Positions 36,987-45,385 of a stretch of DNA of 64,000 nt are shown here, one piece after another. Made by a program: the position numbers and the translations under genes. The notes under the pieces are model-generated. The model was not told where the DNA came from and ran no database searches. It worked only from the letters and a program-made list of their open reading frames with translations. The stretch is from an uncultured virus (IMG/VR IMGVR_UViG_3300027303_000001) (taxonomy: Duplodnaviria; Heunggongvirae; Uroviricota; Caudoviricetes), in the IMG/VR virus record IMGVR_UViG_3300027303_000001. One strand, given 5' to 3'. The stretch's first letter is position 1, and every line of letters begins with the position of its first letter.

Positions 36987-37255
36987 CAGATCAACCCCTC
37001 GACGTGCGCCCACGTCAACAGCGGGCCGATGGTATCGGACTTGAACGGGGCCTTACGCGGCAGGGTACTGGCGTACGTCGCAGCGGCTTCCGGCAACGAC
37101 CACGTCGTCATCTCCCACGAACCGCTTGGCACACGCACAAGCTTCGCCATCTGAAGCCCGTCGACCATCTTCGACCATTGCCCCGGCGTCAGGACACTGG
37201 GCACGAAGCCCAGTGTTTTCATCAGGTCCAGCTCGTCAGCCGTCAAGTTCAACAT
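36986..37255 (-). CDS. Small paralogue-family protein
   Basis: LTADELDLMKTLGF...KSDTIGPLLTWAHVEG. Confidence 0.65.
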   Translation of the reverse strand: MLNLTADELDLMKTLGFVPSVLTPGQWSKMVDGLQMAKLVRVPSGSWEMTTWSLPEAAATYASTLPRKAPFKSDTIGPLLTWAHVEGLI

Positions 37256-38384
37256 GGACGGTGGTTCCCCATGGAGCCGTGATCCGCTTGTTGGTAATAG
37301 CCCAAAGCACTGGGAATGGGTAGTCATCTTTGCTCCCGAATGGGGTGACCCCATCAGTAAATACAATCACAGCCTGCACGTTTGGAAACTTGCGGTTGAA
37401 CCACGTCAGCGCCGCTGGCATGTTCGTGCCGCCGCCGCCATGGCGCTCCAGCTTCTCGGTCACCGTTGCCAGCGACGGATGGTCAAACACCTCGTGGTGC
37501 TGAACCTTCGAATCGCAGTGAGCGACGATCAGCTTCGACGGCTTGACGTCCTCCACGGCCCCGCCGATCTCGCCCAAGCCCTTGCGCATCTCGTCCAGGC
37601 TGATCGACCCCGACGTGTCGTTGACGTAGCCCAGCTCGCGCATGGAGTCGTTCGACGACATCCCCGGCAGATAAATCGGGTTGTCGCCTGCGATGTGCCG
37701 ACGGTTCGGCCGCGCGAAGCTGTAGTCCGCAGGTTCGATCTCGGTCAGGAACTGCTGAAGCTGTTCCTTCCAGTCCACTGTCGGACGCATGACGCTGTCA
37801 ACCAGCTCTTTGAGTGAGCCAGGCAGCTTGCCCTGAGCCTTTGCCACTGCGGCGGCCTGAGCCACCATCACCTTGGCTGCGGCCTCGCCCGATGCGCCGG
37901 GGTTCTGCGGCGGCATCATGTCGTCGTCCAACGGGTTGCCGTTGGGATCACGCGGCGCGTTCGGGTCCTTGGGTGGAGACGGCGGCAGGACCTTGTAGAT
38001 CTGCTCGGCGCTCATGCCCTTGAACGATGTCCCATCCAGCACGCCGCTCGGCAGCGCTCCGCCCTCGTCGAGGATGATCGGGTTGATCGAGTAGTCGCAG
38101 GCCTGGTTCCAGCGGTCCGGCTCTTTGCCGCCGCCACGCCACAGGTGCATGCCCGCGATGTGCATAACCTCGTGCTTCAGCGCGCCCTTGGCTTCGGCCA
38201 CCGACAGCGTTTCGAAGTTGGTCGGGTTGACGTACAGGTTCGCTCCGTCAGTCGCGACCATCCACAAAGGGCGACCATTGGTCTTGTCCGTCTCCACCAC
38301 CTTCAGGTTCAGGAGGATCGTCGCGTAGAACGGTTCCTGGAGCACCAGCTGGGCCTTTGCTCTCGTCAATACGGATACAGCCAT
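37236..38384 (-). CDS. DUF2201-like putative metallopeptidase fused to a VWA domain
   Basis: ATDG...HEVMH...WNQACDYSIN, then MIDAS motif DTSGS, GGGGT and FTDG. Confidence 0.88.
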   Translation of the reverse strand: MAVSVLTRAKAQLVLQEPFYATILLNLKVVETDKTNGRPLWMVATDGANLYVNPTNFETLSVAEAKGALKHEVMHIAGMHLWRGGGKEPDRWNQACDYSINPIILDEGGALPSGVLDGTSFKGMSAEQIYKVLPPSPPKDPNAPRDPNGNPLDDDMMPPQNPGASGEAAAKVMVAQAAAVAKAQGKLPGSLKELVDSVMRPTVDWKEQLQQFLTEIEPADYSFARPNRRHIAGDNPIYLPGMSSNDSMRELGYVNDTSGSISLDEMRKGLGEIGGAVEDVKPSKLIVAHCDSKVQHHEVFDHPSLATVTEKLERHGGGGTNMPAALTWFNRKFPNVQAVIVFTDGVTPFGSKDDYPFPVLWAITNKRITAPWGTTVHVELDG

Positions 38385-38655
38385 TTCGGATCTCCACTGC
38401 CAGCCACATGGCTAGCGCTACAGGTCCACGCAGATGCGGGCCCTCGATTTTTGCCATGACGGCGACCTGGCCGCCGGTCTTGCGGATAGGAATCATCCGG
38501 CCGGTCCACATCTCCGCGCGCCACTCCGTGCCGCCGTGGTTCGCCGACTTGATATCGTAGAACACATCGCCGAACTTCTGCCGGAACTGATTGGGACGCC
38601 CCGACGAGGTCCACCCTTTGCACTTCCACCCAAGCTGCAACATGTTCGCGCACAT
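38248..38655 (-). CDS. Paralogue-family protein between the ATPase and VWA genes (start uncertain)
   Basis: MLQLGW...HLRGPVALAMWLAVEIRN; its 3' end overlaps the VWA gene. Confidence 0.55.
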   Translation of the reverse strand: MCANMLQLGWKCKGWTSSGRPNQFRQKFGDVFYDIKSANHGGTEWRAEMWTGRMIPIRKTGGQVAVMAKIEGPHLRGPVALAMWLAVEIRNGCIRIDESKGPAGAPGTVLRDDPPEPEGGGDGQDQWSPFVDGRD

Positions 38656-38699
38656 CCCGGTGCGCGCCTCATGCTCTGCCCGTGGGTCCTGACGGCGTT

Positions 38700-39851
38700 T
38701 CAGCCGAACAGTTCTTTGTTCTTGTGCGCCCACACGCTGTACTCCGGTGCTGTTACGGGGGACGTGTAGCCTGGCTTGTTCTGCCCACGGTTGATACCGT
38801 CACGGCGCTGCATGTCCTTGACGAACAGCAGCGCCAGCTCCGCGCGACCTGCGGCGGTGAACCGGTCCACGTAGGCGAACATCTGCGGGATGTTCGTGTG
38901 GGTGCACTGAGCCGCCATGGCGGTGCACACGGCGTACTGGGTGGCGGCGTCTTCCGGCAGTGGGGCCGACAGCGGATCGATACAGATCTGGCTGATGTCC
39001 GGCATGTTCTGCCAAACCTTACGAAATCCAATGTACTCCGCCGCCGGGCCAGGGCCGACGATGCCGTCGAGGATCGCCTGCATGGTCACGTTGTCGACGT
39101 GGCTGTTGTTCGCCAGGAAGTCGTTGGTCTTCTCCCACACGCGTTCGGTGGAGAACGCCAGACCCTTGCGCTTGTCCTTGACGTGCGCCTCGAACTCGTT
39201 GAGCAGGTCCGGCTTGAAGCGGATGAACGCCAGCAGGCTGTGATCGATGTTGTTGTCGATCGCCCAGTCGACCCAGCTGTCGAGGTTCGACTCGACGTCG
39301 ATATGACACATGCGGTTCGCCAGCGCCATGGCCATCTTGAAGAACACGCCTCCATCGGTCATGCGGTTACCCGCGCCGAACACTGCCCAGCCGTCTTTGA
39401 GCTTGTACTCGTCGATCACCTTGTCGAGGGTGATCTGATAGGCCGCGTTCTGCACCGACGCTGGCGCCGATGGCAGCTCGTCGAGCAGCAGAATACCGAA
39501 GTCGGGCAGGTCGTTGCGCAGGGTGTGGGCGAACCAGCTCGGCGGCAGGCGTTCCATGGTGCCGTTGGTCTTGTTCTCGCGCGGCAGCCCGCCGATATCG
39601 ACCGGGTCGCACTGGCTCAGGCGCAGGTCGAACATACCGAACGCGGTCTTGATATCGCCGCCGCCCTGGATGAACCCGCGCACCTCGTGGCGCTCGAGCA
39701 CCGGACCGGTCAAACCCAGCTGGGTCTTCAGTTCACGGGCCGCTTCGCGGAAGCTGTACGACTTGCCCAGCCCCGGCGCGCCCCAGAGCATGCCGGTGAT
39801 ATCCGCGTTGTACAGCGCGACGATGATCGGTTTGAGTTGAGAGACGTTCAT
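38700..39851 (-). CDS. MoxR-like AAA+ ATPase
   Basis: Walker A GAPGLGKS, DLRLSQCDPVDIGGLP, Walker B LLLDEL, sensor-1 GAGNR and ALANR. Confidence 0.9.
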   Translation of the reverse strand: MNVSQLKPIIVALYNADITGMLWGAPGLGKSYSFREAARELKTQLGLTGPVLERHEVRGFIQGGGDIKTAFGMFDLRLSQCDPVDIGGLPRENKTNGTMERLPPSWFAHTLRNDLPDFGILLLDELPSAPASVQNAAYQITLDKVIDEYKLKDGWAVFGAGNRMTDGGVFFKMAMALANRMCHIDVESNLDSWVDWAIDNNIDHSLLAFIRFKPDLLNEFEAHVKDKRKGLAFSTERVWEKTNDFLANNSHVDNVTMQAILDGIVGPGPAAEYIGFRKVWQNMPDISQICIDPLSAPLPEDAATQYAVCTAMAAQCTHTNIPQMFAYVDRFTAAGRAELALLFVKDMQRRDGINRGQNKPGYTSPVTAPEYSVWAHKNKELFG

Positions 39852-39876
39852 GCGGGTGGTTCTCCGAAATGCTGAA

Positions 39877-39891
39877 TCACGACTGTCGTGA
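39877..39891. promoter_or_regulatory. TCACGACWGTCGTGA palindrome, copy 4, between the promoter and RBS of the AAA+ gene
   Basis: AATCACGACTGTCGTGATT. Confidence 0.85.
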
Positions 39892-39929
39892 TTGCTGGTT
39901 GATCAGTCAGAGCGCTTTATTGCTGCTCT

Positions 39930-39966
39930 GTGTAGTAACTATATATGAGTTGAAACGGTTGATCAA
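39930..39966 (-). promoter_or_regulatory. Sigma70-like promoter of the AAA/VWA operon
   Basis: Minus strand reads TTGATC-17nt-TATAGT, followed by TACTACAC. Confidence 0.65.
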
Positions 39967-39968
39967 GC

Positions 39969-40265
39969 TTATGACAAGCGGTTGCTGTGCTCGGTGATCA
40001 GCCAGATAGCGGCGGTTATCGGGTCGTCGAACTCGACAAAGTTGAATTTTCGCAACAATACGAAAAAGCCTGCGTCTGGATCTGCCAGAAAGGGTTTACC
40101 GAAATCGGGAGCGAAGACACCGCGCCTTCTCTCGCACTCGGTGAACCACTCCGAACAGTAAACGGCTATTCCTCTGTCCCCCCGACCTATACGCGCTTCA
40201 CCGTTGTTCACATGAAACCCCAGGGCGTGCAGGTCTATCACTTCTTGCGGGTTAAACAGGCGCAT
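39969..40265 (-). CDS. Small paralogue-family protein
   Basis: FNPQEVIDLHALGF...EFDDPITAAIWLITEHSN. Confidence 0.7.
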   Translation of the reverse strand: MRLFNPQEVIDLHALGFHVNNGEARIGRGDRGIAVYCSEWFTECERRRGVFAPDFGKPFLADPDAGFFVLLRKFNFVEFDDPITAAIWLITEHSNRLS

Positions 40266-40503
40266 TTGCGATCTCCAGTTCGACCCACATCATAGCGGCC
40301 AGCGGCGTGGGGAACAGCAGCCTGTCGCCGCCCTGGTAGTCGCCGCTACCGTTGCGAGATACAGCGTACGCGCGGCCGTCTAGCTCGATACACCACTGCT
40401 TCGACCATTTCTCGGTAAGACCTCGTGTCCAGGCGTAAAAGCCGGGCAACTGAGCCCATCCGTCAGCGATTACATGCTCAGACGGCGCGTTAGGAATTGG
40501 CAT
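40252..40503 (-). CDS. Small paralogue-family protein
   Basis: IADGW...LFPTPLAAMMWVELEIAN. Confidence 0.7.
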   Translation of the reverse strand: MPIPNAPSEHVIADGWAQLPGFYAWTRGLTEKWSKQWCIELDGRAYAVSRNGSGDYQGGDRLLFPTPLAAMMWVELEIANAPV

Positions 40504-40714
40504 GGTTACTGGCCTCTATTTCGACCCAGGTTTTAGCAGCTTCAAGAGTTGGGAACACACAGCCAGGAGCGACAGCCCAGCCGACTATAGGTGGTCTTAC
40601 CCACCATCCGTTCCTGTAGCTGTGCACGCTCCAGCAGTCCCCGGCGCCAAACTTCCAGAGAACGAACTCCGGGTCGTCCGGGTCGTGCCAGTTCTGCCAT
40701 TCAAGTTTGTCCAT
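40490..40714 (-). CDS. Small paralogue-family protein
   Basis: VFPTLEAAKTWVEIEASN. Confidence 0.72.
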   Translation of the reverse strand: MDKLEWQNWHDPDDPEFVLWKFGAGDCWSVHSYRNGWWVRPPIVGWAVAPGCVFPTLEAAKTWVEIEASNHANS

Positions 40715-40748
40715 GGTTACTGGCCTCTATTTCGACCCAGGTTTTAGC
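40501..40748. repeat. 37-bp perfect direct repeat (40501-40537 and 40712-40748)
   Basis: CATGGTTACTGGCCTCTATTTCGACCCAGGTTTTAGC occurs twice. Confidence 0.9.
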
Positions 40749-40928
40749 GGTCTGTAGGTCGGGGAACACGATGTCTGGCCATGGCTGGTCGCTCGGTGGG
40801 ACGACGAACCACGTTTCATCGTCGTCTACGTGAACGCAAAAGCACTGCTTGGTGGTGGACCCTAGATCCCCGTACCACCTGCGCCTAGGATCGGTTTCGA
40901 ACCACCTGGCGCTAGTGTACCGTGCCAC
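40701..40928 (-). CDS. Small paralogue-family protein
   Basis: VFPDLQTAKTWVEIEASN. Confidence 0.72.
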   Translation of the reverse strand: MARYTSARWFETDPRRRWYGDLGSTTKQCFCVHVDDDETWFVVPPSDQPWPDIVFPDLQTAKTWVEIEASNHGQT

Positions 40929-41271
40929 TGCCGGCTTCTCGCTGTTGCTCCGCCACGGCTTCGGCCAGCTCTTTGTCGTACGGCGTCACGATCACCTGCC
41001 AGTCGCCGACCGGCTTACCGTTGACGGTGAAGTCGGTGCAGCTGATGACAACGCCTTTCTCGCTCTTGTTGACCGTGTGACCGACCAGCTCGCGCGCGCA
41101 GAAGTAGACCAGGTCCATCGGGTCAGGGCTGCGCAGGGCAGCCAGCAGCGCGCCGCCGAAGGCCTTGCGGATGAACATGCCGAGCGCGGCGTCGGCTTCC
41201 AGCTGGGCAGCGGACTGGCTGGCGAGCTGTTCCAGGAACTCTTGCAGGTCGGGCTTTTTATCTTCAGGCAT
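40912..41271 (-). CDS. Hypothetical protein
   Basis: 119 aa, with typical codon usage. Confidence 0.6.
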   Translation of the reverse strand: MPEDKKPDLQEFLEQLASQSAAQLEADAALGMFIRKAFGGALLAALRSPDPMDLVYFCARELVGHTVNKSEKGVVISCTDFTVNGKPVGDWQVIVTPYDKELAEAVAEQQREAGSGTVH

Positions 41272-41512
41272 CAGGGTTACTCCAGTTCATGAGTTCAGCG
41301 GTGATAAAGCAGGTAATTGGATCAGGGCCAGTGCAGACTAAATCAGAATCTCCTGACCTAATTACGGCGCGCCAGTGATCTTTGTGCGGGTACACCTCCA
41401 GATATGTATAGTCGTCCTGCGCTTCCGTCCAGAACTGCCCGCTACATGTCGCGTAGAGCCATCCTATCGACTTGAAGTAGGCAACCGTGGCCTCGTCTAC
41501 TGTCTGCGCCAT
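41264..41512 (-). CDS. Small paralogue-family protein
   Basis: VDEATVAYFKSIGW...GPDPITCFITAELMNW. Confidence 0.7.
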   Translation of the reverse strand: MAQTVDEATVAYFKSIGWLYATCSGQFWTEAQDDYTYLEVYPHKDHWRAVIRSGDSDLVCTGPDPITCFITAELMNWSNPDA

Positions 41513-41784
41513 GCCCTTAACTCCGCAGTGACAAACGCCGTGATCAGGTCCGAGATCTGCTCCGACGCCGAGACGACCAGCTCAAGCGCGTTCTCGTCCT
41601 GGCTGGTGGCAACGGCCGTCCAGTACCACGGGCTGTGCGGGTCCTTGTTGTTCGACGGGGCCTTGTTCATGGCCTTGTTGGCGTGCAGGTTGTTCGTCGC
41701 GTACCGGCGCGCTGTGGCCTCGCCCACGATCTGGAAGCCACGTTCGCCCAGGTACTCGCGCTCGGACTCGGTGAACACGCTCAC
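41497..41784 (-). CDS. Small paralogue-family protein
   Basis: FTESEREYLGERGF...ISDLITAFVTAELRAW. Confidence 0.7.
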   Translation of the reverse strand: MSVFTESEREYLGERGFQIVGEATARRYATNNLHANKAMNKAPSNNKDPHSPWYWTAVATSQDENALELVVSASEQISDLITAFVTAELRAWRRQ

Positions 41785-42053
41785 AGCTCTACCCTGTGGT
41801 TCTGGACGATCCAGCGGGCGATGCCGATGTCGTTGCCGGTAATCTGGCCCGAAGCCATCTTGAAGGCCAATCCCTTGTGAACCCGGTCACTGCCAAATAG
41901 GCGGATCAGTTCGGGCGCCATGGCGTAACCGACGTCCACGTCGGTGACCTGGCCGTTCTGCGCCTTGAGACGCTTGAGCACGCGCCGGGCGACGAAGTGC
42001 AGGCGGACGGCAAAGATCAGCTTCGTCGGCAACCGGAAAAGGGATTTGAACAT
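41781..42053 (-). CDS. Hypothetical protein
   Basis: AAGGAG RBS; 90 aa. Confidence 0.6.
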   Translation of the reverse strand: MFKSLFRLPTKLIFAVRLHFVARRVLKRLKAQNGQVTDVDVGYAMAPELIRLFGSDRVHKGLAFKMASGQITGNDIGIARWIVQNHRVEL

Positions 42054-42065
42054 GGCGTTTACTCC

Positions 42066-42272
42066 TTAAATCAGGTCTTTAACGTTGCTTACGCCGATAG
42101 GAACGGGAACATCGTTACCGACGGGGAAGAAATCAACTTCGAACTTTTTAAGTACGTCGCCGGGGCTGCCGTGGCATTCGACGAGGTGTTTAACCGCCTG
42201 TTCTAGCTGCTCCGTCGTAGCGTAGAAGTTCGTAAACTTTCGGTCGCTGTAATAGCGTGTGATCTTAAACAC
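42066..42272 (-). CDS. Hypothetical protein
   Basis: AGGAGG RBS before GTG; 68 aa. Confidence 0.6.
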   Translation of the reverse strand: MFKITRYYSDRKFTNFYATTEQLEQAVKHLVECHGSPGDVLKKFEVDFFPVGNDVPVPIGVSNVKDLI

Positions 42273-42280
42273 GCGGCCTC

Positions 42281-42505
42281 CTAGAACCTGGTGGGTTTAG
42301 CATTATCGGGCACGACCTCTATGCGGCAGTGCATGAGCACAAGCGCCTTGGGCGCCTTCTGGCGCAGCTGGGTCTTCAGGTTGGCGATCTCCTGCTCGCA
42401 GTCCTGCGTCGCCTGTGGGCCGGTCCAGGGCTCGCCAAACGGCACCTTGGCCGGACAGTTGCCGATGCCCATACACACAGAGATCATGAGGGTGGCTAGT
42501 TGCAT
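42281..42505 (-). CDS. Hypothetical protein
   Basis: MQLATLMISVCMGIGNC...; four Cys residues. Confidence 0.5.
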   Translation of the reverse strand: MQLATLMISVCMGIGNCPAKVPFGEPWTGPQATQDCEQEIANLKTQLRQKAPKALVLMHCRIEVVPDNAKPTRF

Positions 42506-42792
42506 GGTTTGGTTTCCTGCCCTGAGCCGTTGCAAGCCGTGCAGGTGTGGGCCGCGCCGTCGTACTCTTTCCCGCTGCCTTTGCAGGTTTTGCACTTCGC
42601 CGCTTCTGCATCTTGCCCGCAGCTCTCGTCGACGTTGTGGGCGGTGGGAGCAAATGCAGCAAACGTATTTGATATCGCCGTAGCAGCTTTTTGCCGGTCA
42701 GCGGATGTGACTTCGGCAAACACGCCGTTGTATTGCCCACGCGCAGTCCAGCTTCCAGATGGGTTTTGAGTTACTTCGATGACAGCGCTCAT
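42496..42792 (-). CDS. Protein with a DnaJ-like zinc finger
   Basis: CKTCKGSG...CTACNGSG. Confidence 0.65.
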   Translation of the reverse strand: MSAVIEVTQNPSGSWTARGQYNGVFAEVTSADRQKAATAISNTFAAFAPTAHNVDESCGQDAEAAKCKTCKGSGKEYDGAAHTCTACNGSGQETKPCN

Positions 42793-43283
42793 TGCGGCGA
42801 ACCTCGCTCTAGAAATGCCATGACGGCCCCGCAGTGCGCATAGTTTGGCGAGCTTCCTGACTTCAGCAACTCCCGCGCCTTGGTCAGTTCAGATTGCAGA
42901 TCATCGATTGTCATCTGCATACCACCGGCAACCTGCCGCGCTTCTGTCCCTTTGGTCGCAGCGTCTTCAGCCATGGCCAACTTAGCCAGCAGCCCGTCAC
43001 GCTCGGCGGTCAGGCGGGTGACGTGGTCAATACTTACGAGGTTCTCACCGCTCAGGCTAGGACCGTAGCCGAGTATCGATTTACCCAAAAGCGTGCGGAT
43101 GATGTGCGCTCGCACTTCCACATCGCCAGCAGGCGGCACAGGTGCGGCGGCAAATTCGAGCAACGCCCGCGCGGCCTCGAATACATACGGGTTCAGGTTG
43201 TACGCGCCGTCAGCCTGCGGTTTTTCCTTGAATCCGGCCTGAAGGAAAATATCCTTGATGTTTCGATCAGTGACGTTTTTCAT
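42789..43283 (-). CDS. Hypothetical protein
   Basis: GFKEKPQADG...LNPYVFEAARAL followed by a coiled coil. Confidence 0.6.
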   Translation of the reverse strand: MKNVTDRNIKDIFLQAGFKEKPQADGAYNLNPYVFEAARALLEFAAAPVPPAGDVEVRAHIIRTLLGKSILGYGPSLSGENLVSIDHVTRLTAERDGLLAKLAMAEDAATKGTEARQVAGGMQMTIDDLQSELTKARELLKSGSSPNYAHCGAVMAFLERGSPQ

Positions 43284-43573
43284 TTTCGTACCCTCGTTAG
43301 TTCGTTCAACAAAGCCTGCATGAGTTCGACCGGGTCGTCGGTTGGCGTAACATACTGCATGACCAGCTCGGTCAACCGTTTGGAATTGGAGTTGGGATGA
43401 TCGTTTAACTCAGGCATGGACGCCGCGCCGTCAATCGAGACGATCACCTCCACCGAGCTGAACTTGCAGCCGCAGCCCTCGCAGCGAAAGCGACGCTGAA
43501 CCGTGCCGTCCACCTTCGGTCGGGAGTCGAGGCACTTGGCCTTTGCTTGGCACTTCGGGCATACGGAACTCAC
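43280..43573 (-). CDS. Zinc-ribbon protein (NrdR N-terminus/Ogr-like)
   Basis: CPKC...LDSR...RRFRCEGCGCKFSSVE. Confidence 0.7.
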   Translation of the reverse strand: MSSVCPKCQAKAKCLDSRPKVDGTVQRRFRCEGCGCKFSSVEVIVSIDGAASMPELNDHPNSNSKRLTELVMQYVTPTDDPVELMQALLNELTRVRK

Positions 43574-43575
43574 GT

Positions 43576-44298
43576 CTACACCCTTCTGTTGTTGAGCCAG
43601 TACCCCCACTGGGTGCCAAACGCGCTGGCGATCCCGGGGTAAGTTTTCGATCGCTCAAGCCAGCGTTCCGGCCCGGGTGGTACGTTGCTCTGACCCGAGT
43701 CCGTCTGGTTGGCCCACCGGAGAACAGGCCTTCCTGAACCCTTCGGCCACTCGACAAGTCTGCCCGGGGCCTGATCACGCATCGGTTTTACCCAAAGCAG
43801 CGGTGTCCCCTTGGTCAACCATAACCCCGTGCCTTTGCTGGCGTTGTCGCCGAAGTGGTATGGGTGAATAATCTGATCAGGCGGCCGAATAGCCGTATTG
43901 ATCATCGACGGCGCCGGGTTCTCGATCACCACCGGGAACGACAGGTCCAGCAGCCTGCGGAAGTTCGCGAACTCGATCTGCTGCTGATCGCGGCGAGCCT
44001 TGCCGACCAGCGTGGTGGGTTTGACGCGCTGGTGATACCCGCCTTTTGTCGGGTACTTCTGCATGTTTGGGTCCTTGAGCGCCCACGCCGACGCATTGTT
44101 CATGACCGTACACATCGGGTGGAAGATACCGAAATCCCACACCGCCAGTGCTATGGCTTCCCAGACGTCCATTTGCAGGTGTCGGGTCGAGCCGTCGCGG
44201 GCGGGCAGAAGGTCACAGGTCCAGGCCTCGTGACCCTGCGCTTCGAACGCTGCACGGGTCAGCGGGCAGGCTGAATAACCAATCAGGATGCGGGCCAT
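43576..44298 (-). CDS. Divergent DNA cytosine-5 methyltransferase-like protein
   Basis: AFEAQGHEAWTCDL, FHPMCT (PC-like), IENP, HPYHFG...SKGTGLW and RSKTYPGIA...QWG. Confidence 0.65.
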   Translation of the reverse strand: MARILIGYSACPLTRAAFEAQGHEAWTCDLLPARDGSTRHLQMDVWEAIALAVWDFGIFHPMCTVMNNASAWALKDPNMQKYPTKGGYHQRVKPTTLVGKARRDQQQIEFANFRRLLDLSFPVVIENPAPSMINTAIRPPDQIIHPYHFGDNASKGTGLWLTKGTPLLWVKPMRDQAPGRLVEWPKGSGRPVLRWANQTDSGQSNVPPGPERWLERSKTYPGIASAFGTQWGYWLNNRRV

Positions 44299-44570
44299 CA
44301 CTTGCTCTCCTGTTTAGCCGGCCCGAGCGGCTGCCCGCAGTCCGAGCAGCGTGTCTGGGTGCCGCCAGCCTCATGGTGGAAGCGCTTGTGGGTGCAGCCT
44401 AGTGCGCTCTTGACCGGGCGTATTTTCGACTGCGCGCGGATCTCCAGACGATGGCACTCAAGCCACATCTGGCGTTCTTCTACGGTCATATCATTGGCGT
44501 CGTTTGCATGGCGCTTGTAGATCCGCGCCATCGCCAGAAACAGTTTTGCAGGAACTTGGATACCGGCCAT
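44298..44570 (-). CDS. Hypothetical zinc-binding protein
   Basis: CTH...CSDCG; GGAG RBS. Confidence 0.55.
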   Translation of the reverse strand: MAGIQVPAKLFLAMARIYKRHANDANDMTVEERQMWLECHRLEIRAQSKIRPVKSALGCTHKRFHHEAGGTQTRCSDCGQPLGPAKQESK

Positions 44571-44782
44571 GTCTCGAACTCCAGAAATATTTAACTAAGA
44601 GACTGCATAGTAAACAGCTGTCACATGCAAGTCGCTTTTCTTCACGCCCACTTAGAACGTATGAGCAAACAAGTAAACCGCGCCGAAGTAAGCAACGGTT
44701 CCAGCAAACAGCAACACGGTTACCACTCGGGCGACGTCCAGGATCAGCAGCGACGTACTGTCGATTGAGTGCCAGAAGTCGT

Positions 44783-45112
44783 TCACAGACTGGCCGCTCT
44801 TTCGTTGAGCCAGGCCTCCAGCACGTGCAGCGCTGGCAGCTCGGTTGTCACCACCTTGAACGGCAAGCCCTCCGGCGCCGTGCTGCTCAGCTCGTCCGAC
44901 CACACCGTGGCGCTGGTGCAGTACATGCACGTGCACGCCTGGCGCTGTACCGCCATGGCGGTGTCAATGGCCCTGTTGTAGATCTCACGCAGGGTCAGCC
45001 CCCGGTGCGTCTCCTGGTTGATCTGGTGCATCGCCACAATCAGCGCCACCAGGTCGGCCTTGTCGAACCCAATCGACTTTGCCACCACGTCGTTCTTGTC
45101 TACCTCGATCAT
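44783..45112 (-). CDS. Hypothetical protein
   Basis: 109 aa containing CTCMYC. Confidence 0.55.
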   Translation of the reverse strand: MIEVDKNDVVAKSIGFDKADLVALIVAMHQINQETHRGLTLREIYNRAIDTAMAVQRQACTCMYCTSATVWSDELSSTAPEGLPFKVVTTELPALHVLEAWLNERAASL

Positions 45113-45175
45113 CTCCCACCCCGCTTAATTGACTGGCTCGTCAGTGCCGGTTATCAACCCGACAGACAGCCCGGA

Positions 45176-45385
45176 TCACTCCGGCGCTGTTTCGCCTTGT
45201 ACTTCGTCCTGCTCCAGGAAGAACCGCCCGCCGGTCTCCATACCCACCACCTGCTCGCCGACGCGGTACACGACCGAGTCAAACAGGCTGTTCAACTCCA
45301 CGGTGTGCTTGGTCGCTGCTGCGCACGCCAGGTGCGCGATAGCCTGGACGAAGGCCGGTTGAGTGACTTCGGATATGCAGTTCAT
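45176..45385 (-). CDS. Hypothetical protein
   Basis: ATGA-coupled to the upstream gene. Confidence 0.5.
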   Translation of the reverse strand: MNCISEVTQPAFVQAIAHLACAAATKHTVELNSLFDSVVYRVGEQVVGMETGGRFFLEQDEVQGETAPE

